NCBI GenBank assembly: GCA_002304995.1
Contig: DBPV01000044.1
Location: 10,072 to 74,071 of the forward strand
Source of the DNA: Syntrophaceae bacterium UBA1411
GTDB lineage: Bacteria; Desulfobacterota; Syntrophia; Syntrophales; Smithellaceae
DNA length: 64,000 nucleotides
Direction: 5' to 3'
Position numbers and translations under genes: made by a program. Position 1 is the first letter of the stretch; every line of letters begins with the position of its first letter. Of this stretch, positions 1 to 8,869 are shown piece by piece. The notes below the pieces were generated by a model. The model ran no database searches. It worked only from the letters and a program-made list of their open reading frames with translations, and was not told the origin of the DNA.

Positions 1-1103
1 GCGGCATCGCGCACGATTTCAACAACATCATCCAGGCCATCATGGGATACAACCAGCTCATGATCTCCGGCAGCCCCGGCAATCCCGCGGACATGTCCTA
101 TCTCACGAGCATCGACAAACTCATCGGGCGCGCCCGCGAACTGGTCCAGCAGCTGCTCCGGTTCAGCAGAAAATCCGAGCCGCTGGCGCGGATCGTCAAT
201 CTCAACGAGGAAATCAAAAGCCTGCACGGGCTTTTGGCCAAATCCATCCCCAAGATGATCGACATCCGCAACGATCTGTGCCCGGATATTTTTCCCGTGA
301 ACGCGGACGCGACGCAGATCGGCCAGATCATCATGAATCTGGTCATCAACGCGCGCGACGCCGTGGGCGACACCGGCGTGATCACGATCAAAACCGACAA
401 CCTGGTGCTGCACGACGAAGCCCGCATCGGCGGATTCGATGTCGCGCCCGGCGAATACGTCCAGCTGTCCGTCGGAGACACGGGATGCGGCATGGCTCCT
501 GACGTCATGCAAAAGATTTTCGAACCTTTCTTCACGACGAAGAAAGCGGGCCAGGGCACGGGATTGGGGCTTTCCGTCGTCCACGGCATCGTCAAGAATT
601 ACAGCGGCATCCTTTACTGCGAAAGCGAACCCGGCCGGGGCGCCGCGTTTCACATCATTCTGCCGGCCTCCCGGACGAAGGCCGGACGGCCGGAGGCAGA
701 GGTGAAGCCGAAGCCCGACACCCGCGGCACGGAGAAGGTTCTGGTGGTGGACGACGAGAAAAATATTCTGGAGACGGTGGAAAACACACTCACCCGCTTC
801 GGATACCGGGTGGCGACGGCCGAAAGCGGCGAAGCGGCTCTCGATCTGTACACCCGGCGGACGGAGGACATCGATCTGGTCATTCTGGATTTGATCATGC
901 CGGGCGGCGGCGGCAGGAAATGCCTCCACGATCTTAAGAAAATCAACCCCCGCGTCAAGGTGCTGATGACCAGCGGGTACGCCGACAGCCGGGACACGGA
1001 GAACCTGGCGGCCGAAGGAGCGGCCGGATTTCTGCTGAAACCTTACCGCCCGCAGGATCTGCTGATGTACATCCGCAGGATTCTGGACGCCCCGGCCGCC
1101 TAG
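1..1103 (+). CDS. hybrid sensor histidine kinase / response regulator (5' end lies outside the window)
   Basis: The frame of ORF 42..1103 stays open to nt 3 and reads GIAHDFNNIIQAIMGY (H-box) at the window edge. HATPase boxes are present (NLVINARDA, DTGCGM, GTGLGLS). A C-terminal receiver follows (VLVVDDE, DLVILDLIMPG, LLKP). Confidence 0.9.
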   Translation, partial: GIAHDFNNIIQAIMGYNQLMISGSPGNPADMSYLTSIDKLIGRARELVQQLLRFSRKSEPLARIVNLNEEIKSLHGLLAKSIPKMIDIRNDLCPDIFPVNADATQIGQIIMNLVINARDAVGDTGVITIKTDNLVLHDEARIGGFDVAPGEYVQLSVGDTGCGMAPDVMQKIFEPFFTTKKAGQGTGLGLSVVHGIVKNYSGILYCESEPGRGAAFHIILPASRTKAGRPEAEVKPKPDTRGTEKVLVVDDEKNILETVENTLTRFGYRVATAESGEAALDLYTRRTEDIDLVILDLIMPGGGGRKCLHDLKKINPRVKVLMTSGYADSRDTENLAAEGAAGFLLKPYRPQDLLMYIRRILDAPAA

Positions 1104-1945
1104 CCGGACGAGGGCTTCCGCCCGCTCGTCATCAAAAGCGGCGTATAGGTGAATCGCCGCGGGTTGTCCAGGTGACGCACGAAATCTTCGTAAAACCGGG
1201 CATACCCTCCCGGATAGCAGGCTTCGATCACGTCGTTCACGGCGCTGCCCGCGATTTCGATTTTCTTCATCAGGTTGAATTTGTCGCTTTCCTTCATCGG
1301 GCCGTAAAACAGATTGTGCGCCGCGAGCTCGACCCGGATGTCCTCCAGGCCGGCGTCATAGAGGAACGCGTAGAGTTTGCGGCCGACAAAGGTGTCAAAA
1401 TCAAACCGCTCGTCGACGGCGCTCATGATGTTTTGCAGCGCGTCCATCGTTGCCGGCGGCAGTTCATGATGAATCAGGCAATTGTAATCCAGATCCAGGA
1501 GGCATAGCCTTCCTCCCGGCTTCAGGCATTCCAGCAGATTTTTAACGATGGTTCGGGCTGCGCTGCGGTGGTATTCCAGAACGAAACGCATCCAGATCAG
1601 ATCAAAGCTCCCGAAGCGGGAAAGCGGGTCGCGCAGATCGTGCAGCGCAAAGGCAACTCCCTGTTCCCCTCCATAATGCGCAACGGCGTAATCGATCCGC
1701 TGGGGAGAGTAGTCGACGCCCAGCACGCTGCCGCCGGGCAAAACCTGCTCGGCCAGGATGGACGTGGTGACGCCGGCGCCGCAGCCCGCATCCAGAACGC
1801 GCAGGCCCGGCTCGACGCCGCACCAGAGCGCCTGCCGGCGCACGGCGTTCCGGTCCGTTTTTACGTCCAGGCGTATGGCTTCCTCTTCACTTTCCATCAG
1901 ATAGCCGGTCGCCCGCGGGCGCTCCGGCGATGAAGGGTCCTGCAT
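1100..1945 (-). CDS. class I SAM-dependent methyltransferase
   Basis: Track ORF 1100..2035. SAM motif I VLDAGCGAGVTT, then GGRLCLLDLD. Start uncertain: 2035, or ATG at 1945 giving MQDPSS. Confidence 0.8.
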   Translation of the reverse strand: MQDPSSPERPRATGYLMESEEEAIRLDVKTDRNAVRRQALWCGVEPGLRVLDAGCGAGVTTSILAEQVLPGGSVLGVDYSPQRIDYAVAHYGGEQGVAFALHDLRDPLSRFGSFDLIWMRFVLEYHRSAARTIVKNLLECLKPGGRLCLLDLDYNCLIHHELPPATMDALQNIMSAVDERFDFDTFVGRKLYAFLYDAGLEDIRVELAAHNLFYGPMKESDKFNLMKKIEIAGSAVNDVIEACYPGGYARFYEDFVRHLDNPRRFTYTPLLMTSGRKPSSG

Positions 1946-2056
1946 GAATCCGCTCCCGGGAAGATATTGAAACAGCCGTTGCTTCCGGCCGCCTCGAGAG
2001 AAGGCGGTTAAGACAGCAATCCGTTGCAGTTTCACCTGCGACGTCTCTTAACAGAT

Positions 2057-2104
2057 AAAAAAAGACCGCGCAAGAAAATTACCGAAAAGTTTTGTCTTTT
2101 TGCG
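2057..2104 (-). terminator. candidate intrinsic terminator after the CHAT gene
   Basis: On the minus strand, an 8-bp AU-rich stem (2069-2076 pairs with 2097-2104, one G-U) is followed by CGGTC and a T7 run (plus-strand A7 at 2057-2063). The stem is weak. Confidence 0.35.
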
Positions 2105-2164
2105 TTTTGCCGTCCTCCCGGCGGCAGGGTCCGGGCGCCCGCGATGTTCACCGCCGATGCCGCG

Positions 2165-4729
2165 CTAGCGTCCGGTCAGGACGAAGGCCGCCCAGACGGA
2201 CGGTCCATTTCCGGCCGCAATCATCGCGTTTTGCGCCGCACGCAGGGCGTCTGCCGCGCTGCCGCTTTTGGCCAGGTTTTTATAAAACAGTTCGAAGAAA
2301 AGGGCCTTCGATCTGTCTTCGACATCCCACAGCTGCGTAACGAGAACAGGGCTCACGGCGTAAAGCCAGGCGGCCTGCGCAGCCGCCAGCCCGATCTGCT
2401 CCATTTGCGCGTCTGCCGGCGGCAGACACACGCTCCAGACGGCGACAGCTCCCTTCAACGCGTGCCGGAAAACGCCGTCATGCTCCGGATCGGCCGTTTG
2501 CCTTACATCCGCCGCGCCGGACGCACAGGAAGCAGCGGAGATCTTTCCCACGGGGTACTGGCGCAAAACAAGATGGATGGCGTCATAGGCCGGAAACGGC
2601 CCCGGCATCCGCCAGGCAGAGGTGTCGTTTAAAAAAAGGTAATCCGCGCGCGGAAAAACTTTGTGTAAAGCCTCCATCTCCGCCGCGGCCCAGGACGTCC
2701 AGCGGCGGTCGGTCTTCACGCATGGCGCGCCGGCGATAATCACCGCCCGGCCTGCTCCCGAAGGCGATGGTTGCTGCGGCAATTCCCCCAGCAGGCCCGT
2801 ATGCGGCAGTTGAAAAAGCGTGAAGCCGTCCACCAGGTAGGACTTCACGTAGCGCATCGCCGCCAAAGGCAGATTGTACAGCGTTTCGTCGGGAACAACA
2901 CCAATGCGGTCTCCGTGAACGAAAGGAATGACCGGCTTGAGCAGGGCATCGTAAACCTTTTCTCCAAGCGCATCAGCCCGCTGCCTGTCCCTGGTCATCA
3001 GGGCTTCGCGCCAGGCGCGCGTCAGACGCTCGACTTCGCTTCGGGACAAGGGAAGCTTTTCCTGGACAATTCTGTTTTGATGAATCGCCCAGATATACAA
3101 AGACTTCTCCCGGACAGCATAGGCAAAAAGAGTGGTATTGGCATCCAAAAGCGTTTGCAGCTTCTCGACGCCGGGCGGGGCGGCGCCGAGAAGCGCCCAG
3201 AGCCGCGGGTCCGTGGTTTTGATTTCATCGCCGAGGGCCGCGCAGGTCCGGCGGGCGCCGCGCACTTCTCCGGCCGCTTTTTCAAAGGCAAAAGACGCGG
3301 CTTGCCTCTCCCAAAGCGCCGCGGACGCCTGCGCCAGCCGCCGGCGGCAGGCGCTGATCTTCCGGAAACCTTCCGAGGCTGCGGCAACCGGCCCGGTTTC
3401 ATCCGACCAGAGCCGGTCGGCCAGCGCGGCCGCCTTGGCCCGTTCGGCCGTCTGAAACGCCGCCCTAAAATCTTTTTTTTCCGTGTACAGTTCAAGCAGC
3501 CGTTCGTACAGCGCCGGACGGCCAAAGGCGCAGATCCCGCGGAAATCCCTCTGCCGGGCCAGCCAGGAAATGTTTTCCTCCACGAGCGCCAGCGCCGCAT
3601 CCAGAGCGCTGATGGTCTGTTCGACATGGCCTGTTCTGCCGAAGTGGTGCGCCGCAATGAACTGCGCCCAGACACCATAGGACACGAGCTGATAACGATC
3701 GGCAAGCTCCGCGAGCGACCGGGCCGCAGCCGCTCCGGCGGCGGCATTACCCGTGAGCAGATACAGGTGGTTTATAAAAAAGAGACTGTCGGCTTCGCCA
3801 ATCGGATCGCCGGACGTCTGCGCCAGGCGGCGGACCATCTCCAGGCATTCTGCGGCTTCGGCCGTCTTTCCCCAAACGGCCAGTCCCAGCCCCCGATAGG
3901 CATCCACCGACCAGACCACGGAGGGCGGAAGGCTCGCCGGATCATACGCAAAGGCTTGTGTCCGGCGGATGCGTTCATTAAGGAGGGAAACCTGCTCCAG
4001 ATGCGCCACGGCATCGGCCGCGGCATCCCGCAGACCTTCATCGACGCCTGCGCCGAGATCCTGAAGACACAGGCGCGCGGTCGCTACAGGGAAATAACCG
4101 CCCGCCAGCGTGGCCATGGCGTACCCGAGCGCGGCGTCGCGCTGCAGCGTCAGCCAGTCGATCGTTTCCGGCTGGCCGGCAGCTCCCTCAAGCGCCATGC
4201 GAAACGCATTTTGGGCCGCGGCGTAATCGCCCGTCTTGAAGAAATAGGCGCCCCGGTGGCACAAGGGAAATGCCTTCAGCGGAAAGGATGACCATTGGAA
4301 CTCTGCGGTCTGCAGCGTCAGGAGCGTCTCGGGCATGCGGCCGAAGCGGACGAGCGCCGCCATCTTCCGACCTGCGGCGGAGGCTTCCCCCGGGGCATTG
4401 CCCCGCCGGCGGAATTCGGCGGCCGCGCGATCCAGAAAATGAAGGCAGCGCCCTTCGTCGGCGCGGGATTTGAAATATCCGGCCACGCGCAGAAACAGGT
4501 ACGGCACGGCCCAATCGTCCGTCCGGCGCGCCGCTGCAAGCGCACGGGTCTCCTGCGGCGGAATATCCGCATCATAGGGGCCGCTAAGCTCAACCGGCGC
4601 CGGAAATCCTGCCGCAGACGGCAGCGTCTGCGTCCAGCGGGCGCAGCCCCAAAGCCCCAGCAGCGCCGACATCAGTCCCAGCCACCAGATCCGGCGGATC
4701 AATAATTCACGCATATAACGTCCATTCAT
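2165..4729 (-). CDS. TPR-like repeat + CHAT (caspase-like) domain protein, possible lipoprotein
   Basis: 854 aa. The N-terminus is hydrophobic and ends LLGLWGC. About 550 aa of helical repeats follow. The C-terminal 280 aa carry CHAT hallmarks: IGVVPDETLYNLPLAAM, AVWSVCLPPAD, LWDVEDRS, and the ending WAAFVLTGR. Confidence 0.8.
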   Translation of the reverse strand: MNGRYMRELLIRRIWWLGLMSALLGLWGCARWTQTLPSAAGFPAPVELSGPYDADIPPQETRALAAARRTDDWAVPYLFLRVAGYFKSRADEGRCLHFLDRAAAEFRRRGNAPGEASAAGRKMAALVRFGRMPETLLTLQTAEFQWSSFPLKAFPLCHRGAYFFKTGDYAAAQNAFRMALEGAAGQPETIDWLTLQRDAALGYAMATLAGGYFPVATARLCLQDLGAGVDEGLRDAAADAVAHLEQVSLLNERIRRTQAFAYDPASLPPSVVWSVDAYRGLGLAVWGKTAEAAECLEMVRRLAQTSGDPIGEADSLFFINHLYLLTGNAAAGAAAARSLAELADRYQLVSYGVWAQFIAAHHFGRTGHVEQTISALDAALALVEENISWLARQRDFRGICAFGRPALYERLLELYTEKKDFRAAFQTAERAKAAALADRLWSDETGPVAAASEGFRKISACRRRLAQASAALWERQAASFAFEKAAGEVRGARRTCAALGDEIKTTDPRLWALLGAAPPGVEKLQTLLDANTTLFAYAVREKSLYIWAIHQNRIVQEKLPLSRSEVERLTRAWREALMTRDRQRADALGEKVYDALLKPVIPFVHGDRIGVVPDETLYNLPLAAMRYVKSYLVDGFTLFQLPHTGLLGELPQQPSPSGAGRAVIIAGAPCVKTDRRWTSWAAAEMEALHKVFPRADYLFLNDTSAWRMPGPFPAYDAIHLVLRQYPVGKISAASCASGAADVRQTADPEHDGVFRHALKGAVAVWSVCLPPADAQMEQIGLAAAQAAWLYAVSPVLVTQLWDVEDRSKALFFELFYKNLAKSGSAADALRAAQNAMIAAGNGPSVWAAFVLTGR

Positions 4730-4789
4730 CCTGAATAGTAAATGACGGGCTTTTGCCGGGCCGGTTTTGCCGGTCGGCGTCGCTGGCTG

Positions 4790-5710
4790 TTACTTCAGAA
4801 ATCCCTGAATGATGCGGTTGACCGCCTGGTCGTACGTCAGCCCCAGACTCATCAGCTTCGTCAACTGATCGTTGGCGATTTTGCCGATCGACGCTTCATG
4901 GGTCAGCTCAGCGTCGGGATGACCGGCTTTGAGCGACGGCATGGTTTCGTTGGTTCCGTTGTCCATGATGATCGCATCGCATTCGATATGGCCGAAGCAC
5001 CGGTTTTGCGCGTCAATCGTCGCGTAAAAGATCTGTTTGGAGTTGCCTTTCATAACCGACCGCGAGATCATGTTGGCGCGGCTGCCCGCGCCTTTCATCA
5101 CAATATTGTTGGTGGACACGGCGCTCTGCTCCCCGTCCGTCAGAACCCGTTCCGTGATCAGCAGCATGCTGTCCGGTCCCAGGTCCGCCTCGTTGACCCG
5201 ATTGGCCTCGTCCACGCCGGCGATCTGCGTCAATTCCATTTCCGCGCGCGCGCCTTCGGCCAAAAACACCCTGGTGGTGGGATTGAGACTCCGCCGGCCG
5301 CGGCCGTCGCCCGAGGCATAGTGTTTTTCGACGTAGATCACCTTCGCCCTTTTTCCGACCTGAAACTCGTGAATGCCCGCGTGTCCTTCCGGTTCGGATG
5401 AACCGCAGTGGATGCCGCATCCGGCGACGATCGTCACGTCCGCGTCGTCTCCGATGATGAAGGTGTTGTAGACCACATCATAAAGGCCGGCCTGGCTTAA
5501 GATGACGGGAATATGAATCGACTCGTTTTGGGTGCCCGGTTTGACGGTAACGATGATTCCCGTCCCGTCGGCATTGGATTCGATGTCGATATTTGCCGAC
5601 ACCTGCCGGCTCAGCAGCTTGCCGTTTTTCCGGATATTGTAGGCGCCTTTGGGAAGGCCCTCCAGATCCGCAACGGTTTTCAACAGGGTTTTATCGATAG
5701 CATCCAGCAT
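4790..5710 (-). CDS. SufB/SufD-family Fe-S cluster assembly protein (short form)
   Basis: Beta-helix SufBD-like sequence (VTIVAGCGIHC, THEASIGKIANDQL). ATG at 5710 is preceded by AAGGAG 8 nt upstream. It overlaps the sufC stop by 20 nt. Confidence 0.85.
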   Translation of the reverse strand: MLDAIDKTLLKTVADLEGLPKGAYNIRKNGKLLSRQVSANIDIESNADGTGIIVTVKPGTQNESIHIPVILSQAGLYDVVYNTFIIGDDADVTIVAGCGIHCGSSEPEGHAGIHEFQVGKRAKVIYVEKHYASGDGRGRRSLNPTTRVFLAEGARAEMELTQIAGVDEANRVNEADLGPDSMLLITERVLTDGEQSAVSTNNIVMKGAGSRANMISRSVMKGNSKQIFYATIDAQNRCFGHIECDAIIMDNGTNETMPSLKAGHPDAELTHEASIGKIANDQLTKLMSLGLTYDQAVNRIIQGFLK

Positions 5711-6449
5711 CACGCTCTCCTTCACAACTGTCCCGGTAGGTGCACACGCTCAAATCATCCAGAAGCGGCATGGCGCCCTCGAGGTTTCCGTCATAAACGA
5801 TCCGGCCGGAATTGATGATCAGCACCACGTCCGCCGCCTCCAGAAAGGCCCGGTTATGGCTGACCACAATGGTTGTTGTCCGGCGTTCGGCCAGCTCTTT
5901 TTTCAGCAGGCTGACCATCGGACCGATCGTCCACAAATCGATGCCCGTGTCCGGCTCGTCGTAAATGGCCAGCGCGGGATTGGCGGCGATGGTCGTCGCC
6001 AGTTCGATTTTCTTGATTTCTCCGCCGGAGAGCCTCGCATCCACCTCTTTATCGAGGAAGGACAGGGGGCAAATGCCCACGCGGCCGAGAATCTCCAGGA
6101 GCTTGCGCTCGTCATCGACGCCCGTGGCGATCGTCAGGAGGTCGCGAAACGTGATGCCCTTGAAGCGCGCCGGCTGCTGAAAGCTGTAGGCGATGCCGGC
6201 CTTGGCCCGTTCGGTGATGGAAAGGGGGGAGATGTCCTGCCCCTTAAAAAGGATCGTCCCCTGCGACAGGGGATAGATACCCATGATCAGCTTGGCGAGC
6301 GTCGTCTTGCCGCTGCCGTTGGGCCCGGTAATCGCGTAGAATTTCCCTTTCTCGAAGACGTAATTGATGCCGTTGATGATGCTGCGGCGGCCGCCTTCGC
6401 GCTCTTCGCTCTCCGGGATGGTGAAATAGACGTTCTTCAGTTCCAGCAT
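5691..6449 (-). CDS. sufC: Fe-S cluster assembly ATPase SufC
   Basis: Walker A GPNGSGKTT, ABC signature LSGGEIKK, Walker B AIYDEPDTGID. Sits directly upstream of the SufBD-like gene. Confidence 0.85.
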   Translation of the reverse strand: MLELKNVYFTIPESEEREGGRRSIINGINYVFEKGKFYAITGPNGSGKTTLAKLIMGIYPLSQGTILFKGQDISPLSITERAKAGIAYSFQQPARFKGITFRDLLTIATGVDDERKLLEILGRVGICPLSFLDKEVDARLSGGEIKKIELATTIAANPALAIYDEPDTGIDLWTIGPMVSLLKKELAERRTTTIVVSHNRAFLEAADVVLIINSGRIVYDGNLEGAMPLLDDLSVCTYRDSCEGERDAGCYR

Positions 6450-6487
6450 GATTGAAATCTGCCTTTTAAAAAAATTTTAATGGCGTT

Positions 6488-6516
6488 GCTATATGCCGGT
6501 TTGCCGCTCCTGTCAA
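6488..6516 (-). promoter_or_regulatory. sigma70-type promoter candidate for sufC-sufBD
   Basis: Minus strand reads TTGACA (6516-6511), a 17-nt spacer, then TATAGC (6493-6488), about 40 nt upstream of the sufC ATG. Confidence 0.45.
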
Positions 6517-6520
6517 TAGG

Positions 6521-6579
6521 GTGGATGGTGAATAGTGAATGGTGGATGGTGAATAGTGGATGGTGAATGGTGGATGGTG
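6521..6579. repeat. heptanucleotide tandem repeat GTGRATR, 8 full units plus a partial unit
   Basis: Read directly: GTGGATG GTGAATA GTGAATG GTGGATG GTGAATA GTGGATG GTGAATG GTGGATG GTG. It lies between the FGGY kinase stop (6584) and the -35 of the suf promoter. Confidence 0.9.
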
Positions 6580-6583
6580 GGCA

Positions 6584-8155
6584 TCACTCTTCTCCGACGC
6601 GGGGAGGATAACCGGTGATGTCGCGAATTTCCTCGTAGAGCGGTTTCAGTTTCCGGTACATCTGCTTGTAGACGCGCTTGTAGAGCTGATTGTAAATCTT
6701 GTGGGTATTTCTGTTCGGTTCGAAATACTGTCCGATGTGGGTCATCTCGGCAACCGCTTTTTTGAAAGTGCGATAGAGCTTCAATCCGACCGCCGCGTCG
6801 ATGGCCGCGCCCAGCCCGGACGTTTCGTAGATGCGGGACCGCGCCGTCGGCATGCCGAAAATATCGGCCGTGAGCTGCATGGCCGAGTCGCTTTGCGATC
6901 CGCCGCCGGATACGCGCAGTTCGGTCATTTCCACGCCGCTGCGCTTTTCCTGCCTCTCCTTGCCCTCGCGCAGCGCGTAGGCCAGGCCCTCGAGAATCGC
7001 ACGGTACAGGTGCGCGCGGTTGTGCACATCGCCGAAGCCGATGACGGCGCCCTTGGCTTCCGGGCCCGGCACCTTGATTCCCGGCGACCAGTAGGGCTGC
7101 AGGATCAGTCCCATGGATCCCGGCGGCACCTGGTGCAGAAGCTTCTCAATCAGCGTCTCCGCTTCCACGCTCTGTTCCTCGGCCAGCTGCTGCTCAATCG
7201 GCGCAAACTGTTCCTTGAACCAGCTCACCATCCAGTAGCCCCGGTAGATCTGGATTTCCAGCGAGTAGGCGTCGGGCACGGCCGAGGGATAGGGAGGGAT
7301 CAGCGGAATCGCTTCGATATATTTGCGGTGCGTCGTGTTGATGGTGGCGGTGGTGCCGTAGCTGAGGCAGCCGATGTTCGGCTCCAGACAACCGGCGCCG
7401 ATTACTTCGCAGGCCTTGTCCGCGGCGGCGGCGATAAGCGGCAGGCCTTCCGGAATGCCGGTCTCGGCGGCCGCCTCCCGAGTGATCTGCCCGAGAAGGT
7501 CGGCGGGATCGATCAGTTCCGGCAGCATGTCGGGTTCGACCTGCGTCACTTCCCATTTCCAGCTCCACGACGAGGCCCAGGTCTTCTTTTTGTAGTCGAA
7601 GGGAATGTAGCCCACCTGACAGCCGACCGAATCGACAAAGCGTCCGGTGAGGCGATAGGTGAGGTAGCCCGACAGAAAAAGAAACTTGTGTGTTTGGCGC
7701 CAGACCTCGGGCTGATAGCGTTTGATCCAGTTGCTTTCCGCTTCCGCCTGCAGATACGCCACCGTTTCGCTCATCCGCGAAACCTTGAAGGCCAGTCCCC
7801 ACAAGCCGCCCACCGGCTTCAATCCGGCGGTGCGCCGCTGATCCAGCCAGACCATCGCCGGGCGCAGCGGCTTGCCGTTGCGGTCCAGGTTGATCATCGT
7901 GGCGCGCTGCGTCGTCAGGGTGACGCCCGCGATCGCCTCCTTCGGCACGGAGGTTTCCCGCCAGAGCATTTGACAGGCCTGGCACAGCGATTTCCAGTAG
8001 TAGTCGACATCCTGCTCCGCCCAGCCCGGCTCGCGGGAGACGTACGGCTGCATGGGAATGCGGGACTTGTAGAGCAGGTTGCCTTTCAAATCAAAAATCA
8101 GCGCCCGGACGGACTGTGTTCCGTTGTCGATGCTGAGAATCAAGTCTTGGCCCAT
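6584..8155 (-). CDS. FGGY-family carbohydrate kinase (xylulokinase/glycerol-kinase-like)
   Basis: N-terminal [18 protein letters not shown]-terminal [25 protein letters not shown] at 8155 follows GAGGTGA. Confidence 0.85.
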   Translation of the reverse strand: MGQDLILSIDNGTQSVRALIFDLKGNLLYKSRIPMQPYVSREPGWAEQDVDYYWKSLCQACQMLWRETSVPKEAIAGVTLTTQRATMINLDRNGKPLRPAMVWLDQRRTAGLKPVGGLWGLAFKVSRMSETVAYLQAEAESNWIKRYQPEVWRQTHKFLFLSGYLTYRLTGRFVDSVGCQVGYIPFDYKKKTWASSWSWKWEVTQVEPDMLPELIDPADLLGQITREAAAETGIPEGLPLIAAAADKACEVIGAGCLEPNIGCLSYGTTATINTTHRKYIEAIPLIPPYPSAVPDAYSLEIQIYRGYWMVSWFKEQFAPIEQQLAEEQSVEAETLIEKLLHQVPPGSMGLILQPYWSPGIKVPGPEAKGAVIGFGDVHNRAHLYRAILEGLAYALREGKERQEKRSGVEMTELRVSGGGSQSDSAMQLTADIFGMPTARSRIYETSGLGAAIDAAVGLKLYRTFKKAVAEMTHIGQYFEPNRNTHKIYNQLYKRVYKQMYRKLKPLYEEIRDITGYPPRVGEE

Positions 8156-8349
8156 CAATCACCTCGAGAAAACGTGGATGCAGAAAGGACGCCGTTTGCA
8201 AAACGCCCCGCCCCGGCAAGACCCCTTTGCAGCTTCTTCATAGCATTGAATGCGATTTTTTTAAACCAGGTTTGTAATCCGCGGAAACAGCGGCGGCGGC
8301 CGCTGCGGATAAAGAAGCGCAAAGACAAACGGACAACGGCGGGCAGATA

Positions 8350-8388
8350 TTTAAAGAGCAGGTCATGTCCATCGGCCTGCTCTTTAAA
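8350..8388 (-). terminator. stem-loop downstream of the H1-like gene
   Basis: Perfect 13-bp inverted repeat TTTAAAGAGCAGG / CCTGCTCTTTAAA with a 13-nt loop, 20 nt after the stop at 8408. There is no clean T-run; the stem end itself is U-rich. Confidence 0.5.
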
Positions 8389-8407
8389 TCACGATGTTCG
8401 GAAAATG

Positions 8408-8614
8408 CTACTTTTTGGCTGCGGCCTTCTTGACAACTTTTTTAGCGGCGGGTTTCTTGGCGGCGGGTTTCTTAGCAGCAGCCTTCTTGGCAACTTTCTT
8501 CACAGCCTTTTTGGCGGCGGGTTTCGCAGCCTTCTTCACTGCTTTCTTGGCCGTTGCTTTCTTCGCGGCGGGTTTTGCAGCCTTCTTTACTGCTTTCTTT
8601 GCTGTTGCTGTCAT
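8408..8614 (-). CDS. histone H1-like Lys/Ala-rich DNA-binding protein
   Basis: 68 aa made almost entirely of KKAAKPAAKKA-type repeats. A strong SD (AAAGGAGG) sits 7 nt upstream of the ATG, with its own promoter and stem-loop. Confidence 0.75.
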   Translation of the reverse strand: MTATAKKAVKKAAKPAAKKATAKKAVKKAAKPAAKKAVKKVAKKAAAKKPAAKKPAAKKVVKKAAAKK

Positions 8615-8680
8615 GGGGTTAGCCTCCTTTTATTGAGTTTACTTTCCTGTCTCGAGATTTCTTTTTTTCTTTTGCGTTGG

Positions 8681-8709
8681 ATTTTACGTTATTTTTTCCT
8701 TGCGGTCAA
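8681..8709 (-). promoter_or_regulatory. sigma70-type promoter candidate for the H1-like gene
   Basis: Minus strand reads TTGACC (8709-8704), a 17-nt spacer, then TAAAAT (8686-8681), inside a very AT-rich, A/T-tract-rich 230-nt region. Confidence 0.5.
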
Positions 8710-8869
8710 CAAAAACTATAAAAAATATTCATTTTTTTCTTGCTGCGTAAAAAATTTTTTTTGTGATGCAAAGGAAAAAGAAAAGGCCGCGACGATTTTT
8801 TTTGATCGGACAAGAAGAATGAAGGTCTCTGAAACCCTTTGCCGGCAAGGCTTTCAGAATACGGTCCAC

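Noticed and set aside
2771-4291. 506-aa plus-strand ORF opposite the CHAT gene.
   Set aside because: It is an antisense shadow. The minus frame carries the CHAT and TPR signatures.
6521-6579. The possibility that the tandem repeat is a degenerate CRISPR array or a mini-satellite inside a gene.
   Set aside because: The units are 7 nt with no spacers, and the total length is 59 nt. There are no cas genes, and the array lies in an intergenic region.
8394-8636. 80-aa Phe/Ala/Leu-rich plus-strand ORF that could be read as a membrane peptide.
   Set aside because: It is the mirror image of the Lys/Ala repeat gene. Only the minus-strand frame has a strong SD, a promoter and a downstream stem-loop.
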